From Tubulanus polymorphus (taxonomy: Eukaryota; Animalia; Nemertea): a stretch of 64,000 bases of DNA. The stretch lies in the NCBI RefSeq assembly GCF_964204645.1, contig NC_134029.1, positions 9,946,850-10,010,849 on the forward strand, written 5' to 3'. How positions within the stretch are numbered: the stretch's first letter is position 1; each line of letters opens with the position of its first letter. Shown here one piece after another: positions 1 through 11,820 of this stretch. Both the position numbers and the translations under genes were made by a program. The notes below the pieces were generated by a model. It saw only the letters and a program-made list of their open reading frames with translations, did no database searches and had not been told where the DNA came from.

Positions 1-1227
1 GTAAATTTGTGAGCATCAGAATGTCCTGTAAAATGTGAAATTACTGTTTCGTGAATTTTCTAATAAGAAATAAAAGAATTTGTTGAGTTCATTTAGAAAA
101 AAGTTAGTTTTATTTCCTTTATATCTTTTATGGAGCTATTCTAACTGAAAAAAGGAGAAAAATTGTTGTGAATGCATGTATCCTATATTGGTTACTCAAG
201 TTGCCAAACGTTACTGATGCATGATGGTTACTAGAGTAACCATGGGCCACAGAGTAGATTTTGGCAAATTTGGAAAAAAAAATTGTGATATATTGCCTAA
301 AGGACTCCTAACAACCCCACTCATGCAAAGGCAAGCCAATATGAGTACTAAAAGTGCTTCATGCAACAAAGGGTTAAGTGTTAGGAACTGAGGGTGCATT
401 GTTTGTCCTTGTTGTGTTCTTTTAATTACTATAATTGTAGACACAGCATTGGGAGTAATTTGATTTAGTATAGGATGCATTAGTAGTATATTAGGTTTTG
501 TTTAGATTTATATTTGTTATTTATACGATCGAATTGGGGGTACTTTTCGCTAAGACTGAATATTTTACGTCTGAATTTGAGTTGCACTGTTTGTTATCTG
601 GTCATTGATATTTTGATCTATACATTCATTTGAGTCTTTTTCCTGGCGATAACTGCGACCTTGCAAAGATTTTGTAGAGTTGCTGCCTGTTCGTCAACCT
701 CGTCTGGACAGTGCTAAGGCCAGAATGTGATCGTCTCCGGTACATGCTACTATTCATCCAGAGCTACTTGCCAAGATACTGTAACTTGCGTTGAGTTACG
801 AACAGATTCATCGAACGGGGGACAATTGTATTTGCGCGGTGAGAGACTGATGACTGTGCGGTAGCGCCATCTAACTTGTAAGTAACGCAATCCAATCCGA
901 CCCTTCCCCTTTTGTCTTTTCTTTCTCTTTGTAGACAACCATCTAAAGAGGTAGACGTGTTTGATCTTTGATCCGTAGAAATCATTTGTATTCGCACCTT
1001 TTGTTATATCGCAGGCTTTGTTCAATGACTAAGTAAACAGTCAACTATACGAGTAACCGCATAGGCCTCCTTAGGTTTCCCCGGTCATTTTAGATAGACA
1101 TTTAATAGAACACAGCGGTAACTTAGTTAGTGGGCCAAGAACAGAACACGCTACGGTCGCTAATCCACAGTCTCGCGTGTTCAAATACTACAAAGCAGCG
1201 TATTCAGTTAGTCTATACATAACGATT

Positions 1228-1854
1228 ATGGATCCGGCCTTGGCAGCGGTTGTTTTAGGAGATAGCTATATCCGGCGACTGGAAACATTCCTATGGACCC
1301 AGTCATATCTGTTCCCAGCAGCTTCAAGAGGCTGGAACATGTCTGAACATAACTTTCATGACCCCCTGATGATAGGGTTAAGAGGGGGTACAGTTACGGT
1401 TATAAGCCACCCAACCTTTTTTAAAGAACAGGTCAGGCCCCTAGAGCCGCCGCTGGTGGTTTTAAAGATAGGGGGTAATGATTTGGACAACCCAGCGGTT
1501 AAACCTGCAGAGGTAGGCTACAGAGTCTATGACCTGGCAAAGGCTTTCCTAGCCCAAGCGAATTGTAATATCATCATTTGCCAGGTCTAAAACCGTCAGA
1601 AATGGCGTAATTTCACGGCCTGTGAGGGCAATAAGAGGGTTCAGGAGATGATTTTCTTCCTCCAGTTCGTTTGCCAGGGGCTACCAAGGCTTATATTTTG
1701 GAAACACAAGGGTCTCTGGCAGTCAAAACAAAATCTGTATGCAAAGGACGGGGTCCATCTTTACGGTTTGGGCCATTTCAAGCTTTTTAGAAGTATTAGA
1801 GGTGCCATTATCTATGGTGCTAAAAGCCTCCCCAAGGCTGAGAAAGGGCAGTAG
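1228..1854 (+). pseudogene. SGNH/GDSL hydrolase ORF of the YR retrotransposon (premature stop near 1590)
   Basis: Blocks VVLGDSYIRRL, GLRGG, LKIGGNDL and KDGVHL across ORFs 1177-1590 and 1648-1854. Confidence 0.8.
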
Positions 1855-2250
1855 TCCACCACTAGATAGCTTAAAAGGGGCTGTAGCCCAATAGATGATT
1901 TGAAAAGGGATGGGTAGTCCACCCTAGATAGGCCTATATTACTTGATTCGAAAAGGGTCTGTAGTCCACTCAATGTTTTATTTGAGACGGGTCGGTAGTC
2001 CACCCGATATTTTAGTTGAAAAGGGTCGGTAGTCCACGCAAAATATTATGCGAGACGGGTCGGTAGTCCACCCGATATATTATTCGAGACTGGTCGGTAG
2101 TCCACCCAAAATATTATTCGAGACGGATCGGTAGTCCACCCGATATATTATTCGAGAAGGGTCGGTAGTCCACCCAATATATCATTTGAAAGGGTCGGTA
2201 TTCCATCCGATTTATTTTTCGGGACGGGTCGGTAGTCCACCCGATTGACC
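1843..2250 (+). repeat. Tandem array of about 12 units of ~34 bp with core GGGTCGGTAGTCCACCC
   Basis: Core recurs every ~33-34 bp (one longer unit) with variable AT-rich linkers, between the SGNH and gag ORFs. Confidence 0.92.
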
Positions 2251-2312
2251 ATTCGGAAAGGGTTGCCAAGCAGCACACATAGTGTACACAAATTTTTCTC
2301 CTTCCAGTAGTC

Positions 2313-3149
2313 ATGCCTAACCCAACACGAAAACGTTCAACAGCTCAACCTCGCAAAGCAAGGGCCAAGCGCTCAAAGAAGACGTCGGCTCCAGCAGCCG
2401 AAGGGATAGCGAATACGGTGGTGCCACCAACGCAGATTCTCGCAGAAGATCAGCTAAATGGGCCACTGCAGCAGCTACAAAATCAGATGCAGCAGGCGAA
2501 TGCGCTGATGCAAAACATGCAGGCAATGGTCGAGCAAGCCGCAGAGAAGCTCCAGGCAGCGTCGCAAGCTGCGGAATGCACGCAAGTATTGCCTGAGCTG
2601 AGTATTGTCACAAACGCGACACCCGTAGGTAGGGATTTTGACCCCTTTGTTCCCCCATCGGTCAGCATCGATGCGCTAGTACCTATCAAGGTGAAGCAGG
2701 CCATTTGGGAGGAGCAATACGTGGATCTCGCCAGCTTGGTGAGAAGCCCAAACACCCAATTGGCATTTTCAGTGAGCCCAGTAGCCGACAGAGGTGCCCC
2801 TTCGCTGAGAATCGTGCCCACTAAAGCAGCGCCAATAAGGTCCATCAGTCAGTGGGTGGACGTTTTTGAAATTTTCTGCACCGTTTACCTGGCCAAGGAG
2901 GTTAACCTGCGCCATGTGCCTGAGCTAATTAGGTACAGGGGGAATATAAAGTCGATAGCGAGTCAAAGGGGTGATTGGATTTTCTATGAACAGAATTATT
3001 GGGCCCAACGAGCTGCAAGGCAGGGCGACCTGCCCTGGGGCAGTGTATGTTGGGACTTATGGATGACCGCAAAGGCCAGGGGGAGCAGCAGAATGGGAGA
3101 GGCAGCTTTTTCGAGGGCGAACACAGAAACGATATTGTTTCCAATTTAA
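2313..3149 (+). CDS. Gag-like ORF1 of the YR retrotransposon
   Basis: Basic N-terminus, coiled coil, then IWEEQYVDLASL / WVDVFEIFCTVY / WIFYEQ motifs typical of DIRS/Ngaro gag. A frameshifted Cys/His tail follows near 3150-3220. Confidence 0.78.
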   Translation: MPNPTRKRSTAQPRKARAKRSKKTSAPAAEGIANTVVPPTQILAEDQLNGPLQQLQNQMQQANALMQNMQAMVEQAAEKLQAASQAAECTQVLPELSIVTNATPVGRDFDPFVPPSVSIDALVPIKVKQAIWEEQYVDLASLVRSPNTQLAFSVSPVADRGAPSLRIVPTKAAPIRSISQWVDVFEIFCTVYLAKEVNLRHVPELIRYRGNIKSIASQRGDWIFYEQNYWAQRAARQGDLPWGSVCWDLWMTAKARGSSRMGEAAFSRANTETILFPI

Positions 3150-3319
3150 CGGGGGGAAACAGTGCGCGAACACCCCATGCCAGTATGTGCATAAATGCCG
3201 TAGATGCGATGGCCAACACCCAGCAACAAAATGTTTTCATGCACAGCGCCCATCAATCAGGCCAAACCACTGCCTCCCATAGATTTGACGCCAAGTCGAA
3301 CTAGTTTAGATCAATTCCC

Positions 3320-4900
3320 TATACCTTCCACCCCAGTTAATATACAGACTCTTTCTTCATACCTAGAAGTTTATCCCCGCCCTGCGTTTGATTACCTAGT
3401 TAACGGCCTTCGTCGCGGTTTAAGGCTAGGGTCTTTTAACAGTGGAGCCCTGGCGCCCTGGTTTTTAAAACAAACATTAGGAATCTCCCTTCGGCACTGG
3501 CGAACAGGGAGGCGGTCGACACCAAGATCCGATTAGAGGTTAAGTTAGGGCATATAAAAGGCCCCTATAGAAAGCCAATCACTCCTTGGGGAAAACCCCT
3601 ATTTCTATCCCCCCCTAGGCGCGGTGCCGAAATCCGCGGGTCATACACCGTCTCTCCTACCCCAGGGACTAGTCTGTAAATGACACGATCCCCCTGAGCT
3701 GAGTGCAGTCCAGTACTCTACCATCCAAGACGCCATAAAGGGCATCAAGCAGCTGGGTCATGGGGTTTTCCAGGCCAAAACTGACATCCAGTCAGCTTTT
3801 AGGATCTTACCAGTTAGCTGCCTAGATCAACATCTGCTTGGTTTCCAATGGGAGGGACAGTACTTCATGGATGCCTGCTTGCCAATGGGGGCCTCGAGCT
3901 CATGCTCTATCTTCGACAGGTTTTCATCGGCTCTTAAATGGATTACCATGAAAAAACTTGGGGCCTTTTGCGTCGTGCACATACTTGACGACTTTTTGTT
4001 CATTGCCTTGGGGTATGAGAGATGCTGCATAGACCTGTCAAATTTCCTTCATTTTCTTCACTTAGCCGGCGTGCCCGCCGCCCGAAAAAACTTTCTCCCC
4101 GGTGCCAGTCCTGCCCTTCATCGGGATAACATTGGACTGCCAAATGTTTGAAGCCTGCTTGCCGGAGGACAAGCTAGCCAAAGGCAGAGCCTTATTAGAG
4201 GAGTTCCTGGCTAGGCCCAAGGTCACCCTCAGGGAACTTCAGTCCCTCATTTTCTGAATTTCGCTTGCTCGGTGGTGTTGCCAGGTTGCCCTTTTCTACG
4301 TAGGCTCATCGACCTTACCATCGGAATCATCTTCCCGCACCATCATATACGCTTAACAAAGGCGACCAAGTCAGATTTGCGAGTCTGGCAGACATTTCTT
4401 CGAAACTTTAATGGGAGATCGTTCTTCATCAAGGACCTAAGGGCCTCAGACAAATTCTAGGACCTGTTCACTGACGCGGCAGGTTCCCTAGGCTTCGGTG
4501 CAGTATCAGGGTCCAGATGGTTTTACGGGGAGTGGCCCGAGTCATGGGCGCCTCTAGACATAGCTGTCTTAGAACGGTATCCCATAGTAGCAGCAATCGC
4601 CACCTGGGGGCACTCTTGGGAGAACAAAGCGGTGTGTTTCAGGTCGGACAACCAGGCAGTGGTGGATGTAATCAACAAGCAGTCAGCCAGACACCCCCAA
4701 CTAATGTCCCTGCTACGGCAGCTGGTATTACTCTGTCTTCAACATAACATTGTTTTCAGGGCCAAACACGTACCAGGTGTGGAAAACACTCAGGCCAATC
4801 TCCTTTCACGATTACAGGTTGAACGGTTCAAACAGATAGCAGGCCACATGGACCAAGCACCGTCGACAGTCCCAGCCCAGTGGTATCCAACTGGATTGAG
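3320..4900 (+). pseudogene. Reverse transcriptase / RNase H (DIRS-type), multiple frameshifts
   Basis: PVNIQTL, KTDIQSAFR, LPMG, ILDDFLF, FLRRLIDL, DLRVWQTFLRNFNG, TDA, SDNQAVV motifs. Confidence 0.9.
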
Positions 4901-4919
4901 TCCGCTTATACTAACTAAC

Positions 4920-5600
4920 CTGATGAGAGCTGCACTGTCTAACTCAACAAGGGCTGCGTACAACCGGGCATGGGCAAAAGTTTTGGCGTAACTACCGGTC
5001 TCCGAGTGTTCCTTCCAGTCCCCAGCTCGGTGATTGCCTATTTTGTCGCGTTCATGCACGAGTCAGAGGCTTCCGCAGCGTCCATCGCCTCGACCCTCTC
5101 AGAGGTCACTTATTTCCACAGGGAAGCGGGATACTCGAGCCCATGTGACAGCTTCGTCATCCAAAGACTCCTCGCCGGCGCCAGGAACCTGTCCGCTGCA
5201 CCAGACCTTAGATTACCGATTACACGTGACATTTTACACCAGCTCATTCGGAATGCCCCTTTGGTGCTCGAATCACCCTACACTACTGCGATGGTCAGGT
5301 GCATGATGGCCTTGGCTTTCTGTGGGTTCTTGTGCCTGGGTGAACTCCTACCCACGTCTGTCACAGGGGCACCTAAAGTGGTTCAGCTGCGTGACAATGT
5401 ACAAAGCGGCCAGACATTACAACTAACCATCCGGAGTTTCAAACACGGCGCTAAGCAAGGTCCCCAGACCATAAATTTATTGCCACACACGGGCGACCCC
5501 CTTCAGTTACGGGACCTCTTTCAATCTTATATGAGGGTACGTGGACAGGATCCTGGACCCTTATTTATGAAGTCAGATGGATCCCCTTTCCCCGTGACAT
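4920..5600 (+). pseudogene. Tyrosine recombinase of the DIRS/Ngaro element, C-terminally truncated
   Basis: STRAAYNRAW, DLRLPIT, LAFCGFLCLGEL (Cys at the catalytic Arg position), GPLF. The H-x-x-R and Tyr boxes are absent. Confidence 0.85.
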
Positions 5601-8133
5601 TTACCTGGTTGCCATGGCAACGGTATACTTTCTCCATCTGATCATCCAAGGTGTTCCCGTGTGTACTCGTTTTCATGTGTGTATGATTTCTACATGCTTC
5701 CGCTTATGACATAATATTCCTTTTTGCTAAAATAATAAATGTCTCAGGCGCCTGGCCATTTCACCACATATCTGTCTTTGCCTCAGTCTATGGCTGCATA
5801 AATTAATTATTGTGGCACTTGTATAATTACTAGAGAATACTTAAGTGCATAGATTGCAGTTTTGTCAATTATAATCTTCGTGTACCGGGCGCCAAAATTT
5901 TGTGTAGCTGCTTGGCTACATTGGTAAAAAAGTACTCGAAAATATTTTGGAAGTAAATATTTTAGCTGTTTTAGCTGTTTTTTGCACATAAAGGCTATTT
6001 TGCTGGACTGCACATAACATTTACATGTTTTACATGTTCCCCACCTATTGTCAGCCAGCGCGGTGGTATGACTCATTATCCAATGCCAAAATTTTTACAA
6101 ATATTTTGTGCAGAAGATTTAAAATAAAAAAAATTAACTTTATTTTGCAGACACATATCGGATATAAATGATATTCTGGATGCTGTCCTAGATGACGGCA
6201 GTGAGTGTGACCAGCTGTCGAATGGTCAGGTTGATGATGATGATGATGGCTGGGATGACTATGATCCAGACATAGACAAGCCACCAGCGATGACGACATC
6301 CCTGACGACCGTAATCAAAGTGATAGTGATCGATCCGATTCGGATGATGAACCGTTGTCATCTATCGCCAATCCTAATAGGCTGAACACAAACAATCAGC
6401 TGACAGCTAGATCGGATGAACAGTACGAGTTTGAAAGTCGACGACAGTTTGTGGCACCAACTGTTCCAAACTTCACACCGGAACCTGTTAGACCAGACCC
6501 AGCGGAGAAGACACTATTTGAATGCTTCAAGTCATTTGTGACCGACGAAATGATTGAACTGGTTGCAACTGAGTCCAACAAGTATGGCATCGAGAAAAAA
6601 GGTCAAAATTTTCAGTTCACGGCAAAAGAAATTGAGACGTACCTCGGTCTATATGGGCCTTGTGAAAATGCCAGCTGTGAGTTGCTACAGGCAAAACGAA
6701 CTTAGATACTTTCCAGTAGCGGACAATATGAGCCGTAATCGCTTTTATAGCATCCAGTCGATGATTCATTTCGTCGATAACAATCTTGCCACAGAAGATG
6801 ATAAAAAAGCTGATCGGATATGGAAACTCCGTCCGTGGTTAGAATCACTGCGGAAAAATTTTCTTTCGGTCAGTAATGATGATGAAAACCAAAGCATAGA
6901 CGAGAATATGGTCGCCTTCAAAGGAAGGTCAATTTGTAAGCAGTACATGCCAAAAAAAACCCAAAAAATGGGGCTTTAAATTGTGGGTGTGTGGTGCATC
7001 TGGTTTCCTCCACGATTTCGCTGTATACCAAGGCAAGGGCACTGGCATTGTTATCAATGATCTACCACACTGTGGCCTTGGCGGTAATGTTGTTTTGCAG
7101 ATGTGTCAATCACTACCACCAAATATACCATACAAGGTCTTTGCAGAAAATTATTTTTCCAACTTTGAAATGGCAGCTGAACTTGCTCGACGGGGTCTTC
7201 AGTACACAGGTACAATTCAGTCACACTGTGTACACAATGCGCCGCTAAAATCCGAGAAAGATTTGAAAGAAATGGGACGTGGAGAGAAGACCAGAAACCT
7301 GTCTCTCGTGTGCTGGTTAGACAACAAGGTCATGAGGCTTATTCAGGGCTGCCAACCTTTCAAAATTCCAATTAGGGATGAATGGCAGATTAATTAGGAA
7401 TATTGAAGGTTTCAATAGGAATATATCGAAACCGAAGAAATTGTGACTTTTCCAAGTAGGAATATTTTGCTTTCAATTAGGAGGTTCGCCATGTCTTCAA
7501 TCGCATCGATTATACATCGTTTAAGCCGAGAACCAATGAAACAAATGCTCACATAAAAAAACGTACCGCGATTTTACATGAATTGGCTCAATGCCAACTT
7601 CATATCGCTAACAAAGGTAAACCAATAAGCAAGTTCTGCAGAATGTATTTTTTCTTTATTATTTTATGAAAGATGAAATTATCTATTAGCAAAATAAAAA
7701 ATCAGCAAATTCTACAGAATGTATTTTTTCTTTATTATTTTATGAAAGATAAAAATCAACAGTGTTTATCAAAAATATACAATAGACTAAAAATAAGAAC
7801 ATAAAACTGGCATAAATTGTCAAACGAATTACATAACACTATACAGCTGTCATGTGACAGATTGCAATATAAACCCTTAAAATGGAAATACTGTCCTGGC
7901 ATACTGTACATAGATTGCCTAACTTAAATACAACTACAGTCATGGGTCAAATTTCAACTCTGTTTTCATCTTGCTAAAATAAAAAAATATTCAAATCAAC
8001 TATTATTATTGAAATCTAATTTAGATTTAACTCCAGAATACTGATAACTCTACTAATTTGAGATTTTCACATTTTTTTCAGAGACAAGAGTCAGTCAGTA
8101 TAGACCAGAGACATAAGTCACCATTCAGATTGT

Positions 8134-11100
8134 CTAGTTTGTATCAATATTATTCAAAGCATTATATGTCGCACTTTTCACTTTCTTAAGCAAATCTGAA
8201 GATGGTTGAAAGTCTTTGCATTGTGTGGATGTTTTCATAACCATCAGTGACTGCAAGGTCTTCTGACCCAAAGCTGCTCTTGAATCCGTACGGTTCTTCC
8301 TTACGAAACTAAAAATTCTTTCGCAGCCAGCATTACTGACTGGTACAAGCAATATATGACACATCACCCTTGGCAGCAATCTGAAACGTATCGACCCAAC
8401 ATCATCCAACATCTTATGTATGATTTTCCATTGTGTCTCAACAGTCACTTCTTTTGATTTTTCATCGGCCCTTGCTGGTGGACTATGGAAACCAGATGGA
8501 AAATCATCATCATGCAAAGTTTGGAAGTCAGCATATTCGATTTCCAAGTCATCTCTAAAAACAATATCTCCAAGAATTACAGGGAATCTGTCCATGAAGT
8601 ATATCACTGACTGGAATGATCTAACCTTACGCATCAGTGGATCAGCTACCTACAAAAATTATTATTATCAATCGTTACACAAAAGTTGATAAGTCTATGA
8701 AACAATACAATTACGAAAGAATAAATACTTTTTTGAGTTCTCAAATTCAATGAATATTTTACCTCAGCATGACTCCAAAGAGGCTGGTCTTTTGGATTCA
8801 CCTTCTCCTTCAGGTAGGTGCAGGCAGCTGAATAAAACTTCACAACATCCTGATAGAATTTCTTCTTGGTTTCGTCAGTGACTGTTTCCACCAATTTCCG
8901 AGCCTCATCCCCTATGAACAGGTCTTTTTTGTCTTTTATATTATACCTAGGGGTAAAGAAAATTATCATAAATACATATGCAAGGAGCTGAATAAAAGTT
9001 ACATCAGACAGCATTAATAATAGTTAACAGCAGAAGAAGTAGTGTAATGCAAATGAAACTCACTACATTTCTTTATGTAGGCCTAAAAGAATCTACTCCA
9101 GTGAAAAAAATTTATTCACTTACAAAGGAATTACAATGACACTGGATGGATGAAAAATACCTTGAGGTGAAATCGATTGAGTAAGGTGTACAACCCTGGT
9201 TAAATGCTGCTGGCTTGCATATACAGAGAAGTAGTCTGTACATAAGTCGCTCCAAAATTCGTTTCACTTTGTGAACCAATGCACTTTCAGTTTCAAGGTA
9301 TCCATTTGTGCTCTCAAACACCTGTAAAAAAAGAAATCATAAGAGCTTGTGAAATAAAATCTTTTATCAGTAAGAAAGACCCTATAAAACACAAAAAAGT
9401 TTATAATCCTAATTATTTAGGGTTATGACTTGGTGATATAATGCTTACCGAGATCGCTTTAATCAGAAATGCAGTGTATAGTTTTGATGTGCGTCTCTGG
9501 AAAAACTTGTGTAATTTAGTTTTTATCGCTCCTGCGGTGACAGGGCCATCATCAAAATCGTCGAGAAACTCTTGATCATCATCTCCATCAGTATCATGGC
9601 CTATCTCTTTCGCAAAATATCTCCTCAGCGCTTCCCATTGTTCCAGCATCCTGCTAAGGGCTGGGCCCATACTGAGCCAGCGTGTAGCCACATGCTTCAG
9701 TATCGTATGATCTGGCAGGCCGCATTCCTTCTGGATGGTTTGAAAACTTGCAGATCTTTTACTCGTTTTGGTTACATACCAATGCAGCTGGCGTAATAGA
9801 TCATCAAAGTCAAATAAAGGCTGTAAACAAAAGATATGCGCACCGATTTCAAACGATGAAAGTATAACAATGGTACAGCAGAATAGCAACTACAAGTTTC
9901 TAGAACTTTAACTTTATTGAGTTTATGTCATTTGATTATGTGTAAACCATAAGGCAGCACGTGTAAGCTGAACGAATAAGGCTATCCTATCTGAGTTGAT
10001 GAAAATTAGAAGATGGTGAAATTACTACATATTGAAAATGAAATCAAAAGTAAAATCTTAGTTACCTTAATGGCTGTATTCAGGCCTTTCTTCAATGCTA
10101 AATGGAGCAAATGATTAACGCATCCAGCGAGGTGTACCTCTTTTTGGTGATCTCTAACATATTTTATTACACCCTTGTGTCTTCCAACATTGCTATTTGT
10201 GTTATCACACACAAGCGAAAGTAGATTCTCCCATGGTATAGCGTTCACTTCTAATTCTGCTTTGATTATATTAAATATTGCCTCTCCTGTGTGCGACTGA
10301 TTCCATATTGGGTTAGCTAACAGGTCCAATTTTGTTTCTAACTGTTCATCCACATATCTCACAACGATTGGATAATATGTCTCTTGTTTGTACGTAGAAC
10401 CATCTACACCAAGAACAAAGGGAGATCACGATAGGTAAAACACAATATCCGTGTTGACGCGATGAGGAGAGAATCCCACAATGATAATAAAAAGTCCGAA
10501 AATGAAACTTCGAGATAGTAGTTTATTCAACGTTTCGACTATATCCTAATAGTCATCTTTCATTCCTGAAGATGACTATTAGGATATAGTCGAAACGTTG
10601 AATAAACTACTATCTCGAAGTTTCATTTTCGGACTTTTTATTATCATTGTGGGATTCTCTCCTCAACAAAGGGAGATGATTTCAATCTCGATACAGAAGA
10701 TGACACGATATCAGTCGCAACCGCATTCACAATATGAGTTGTTTTGGTGCGACCGCATTTATAATTCGTAGCATTCGGATGGCCAGGGAACATATCTCTG
10801 AATAGTTGCCCAGCCTTATCGGAAACTGCGAGAGGTAAACTGTTCATAACCACAAAGACTGTGAATAATGTCTCAGCCTTGATCAAACTTTCTTTCTCCT
10901 GCGAAGTACTAAAAAACTTCGAGATTTTTTCCACATTAGCTGCTGACTTGTGTTTAGTTGTGGAAAAATGTTTTTTTTCTATATCATTAAGGCCACCATG
11001 CGATATGTTGATATGCGAACCACATCTATCACAGTATGCGTAATAACGGCCTAGCGAACTAGGTTTAATAAAAGAATATTTCTGAGAATATTCGTTCTTA

Positions 11101-11249
11101 AACCTCTGCTTCGTTTTACTAGATTCATTTTCTTTGGTTTTTTTCGGAGGAGGCTCACGATCGTCATTGGTGTCATCACCAACATCGGAGGGAAAAGGTT
11201 CTTCGTCTTCAACTTCAGATCCTGTTTCAGTGACAGTAAATAAATCCAT
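8134..11249 (-). CDS. Multi-exon hAT transposase (BED finger, DDE core, C-terminal dimerisation motif), disrupted by a Penelope-derived insert
   Basis: YCDRC..H..H finger, GVDGS, CDNTNSN, GCVNHLLHL, TRWLS, SNAGCERIFS. Approximate exons 11249-10067 (interrupted at 10427-10664), 9821-9448, 9321-9161, 8947-8763, 8649-8134. Confidence 0.85.
10427..10664. mobile_element. Short palindromic Penelope-like (PLE) insertion: inverted pseudo-LTR pair plus tail
   Basis: 97-bp perfect inverted repeat (10463-10559 / 10569-10665), 13-bp flanking duplication AACAAAGGGAGAT (10414-10426, 10665-10677), contains a hammerhead core. Confidence 0.85.
10562..10603 (+). ncRNA. Minimal type I hammerhead ribozyme (PLE-type)
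   Basis: ATTC-CTGAAGA-T-GACTAT(TAGGAT)ATAGTC-GAA-ACGT-T-GAAT: stem I ATTC/GAAT, stem II 6 bp, palindromic ACGT in place of stem III. Confidence 0.8.
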
Positions 11250-11785
11250 TTCTGTTAATTTCCAGCATTAATTCCACGTACAGAACTGAAAGATACAAAC
11301 AGTAAAAAGTCTCTAAATCTACATGCAACTCGATGGTGCTGCCATCTGCCAAATATGCGAACTAAAAGTTTACTTTGAGATGCACTGCTCAAAAGCATCT
11401 TAAATTATCTTTTTAAATCAAACTAATACAAGAGTGACAACATTAAGGTTCAAACTAACAAAGCAATTGCTTACCGAAACAATTCAACCACAAATAACGA
11501 GTCCACACGTTGAAATCTAACCCGGATCTTCGAATGCTCATCGCGTTGCGAAAACAAGCTAATTACCGCAGTAAACCAATTCTTCTCCGAAACGATGCAG
11601 AGCAATTTGACAATAACAATCACATTTTGCCACATGTCATAATATTTTCACAAGAATGATTTAAAACAACGTATTTTAAAACGAATGAACTTTATTTTGA
11701 TTCTTGAAACAAATTAAGAGGCTGCTCTCCTACTATGAAATAATCGTGCGCCATGCGTAGATAAAATCAATAACACAGTTACTCT

Positions 11786-11788
<3 letters not shown>

Positions 11789-11819
<31 letters not shown>
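11789..11819. repeat. (CA)n microsatellite inside the hAT element
   Basis: About 15 AC units. Confidence 0.95.

Positions 11820-11820
<1 letters not shown>

Larger units (their letters stand above)
1177..5800 (+). mobile_element. DIRS/Ngaro-type tyrosine-recombinase retrotransposon, degenerate (SGNH hydrolase, gag, RT/RNase H, YR)
   Basis: Collinear frameshifted ORFs: SGNH (GDS, GGNDL, DGVH), gag-like 2313-3149, RT (AKTDIQSAFR, LPMGASSS, HILDDF), RNase H (FTDAAGSLGFG, SDNQAVV, HVPGVEN) and YR 4920-5640. AATAAA-containing 3' motif at 5734-5772. The 5' boundary is uncertain. Confidence 0.9.

Noticed and set aside
1-377. piggyBac-like 3' end (..CAAAGGG|TTAA at 367-377)
   Set aside because: Plausible, but no matching 5' TIR or coding sequence lies in the window.
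1843-2250. CRISPR array
   Set aside because: Linkers are short, AT-rich and similar to each other rather than unique spacers. The context is a eukaryotic retrotransposon with no cas genes.
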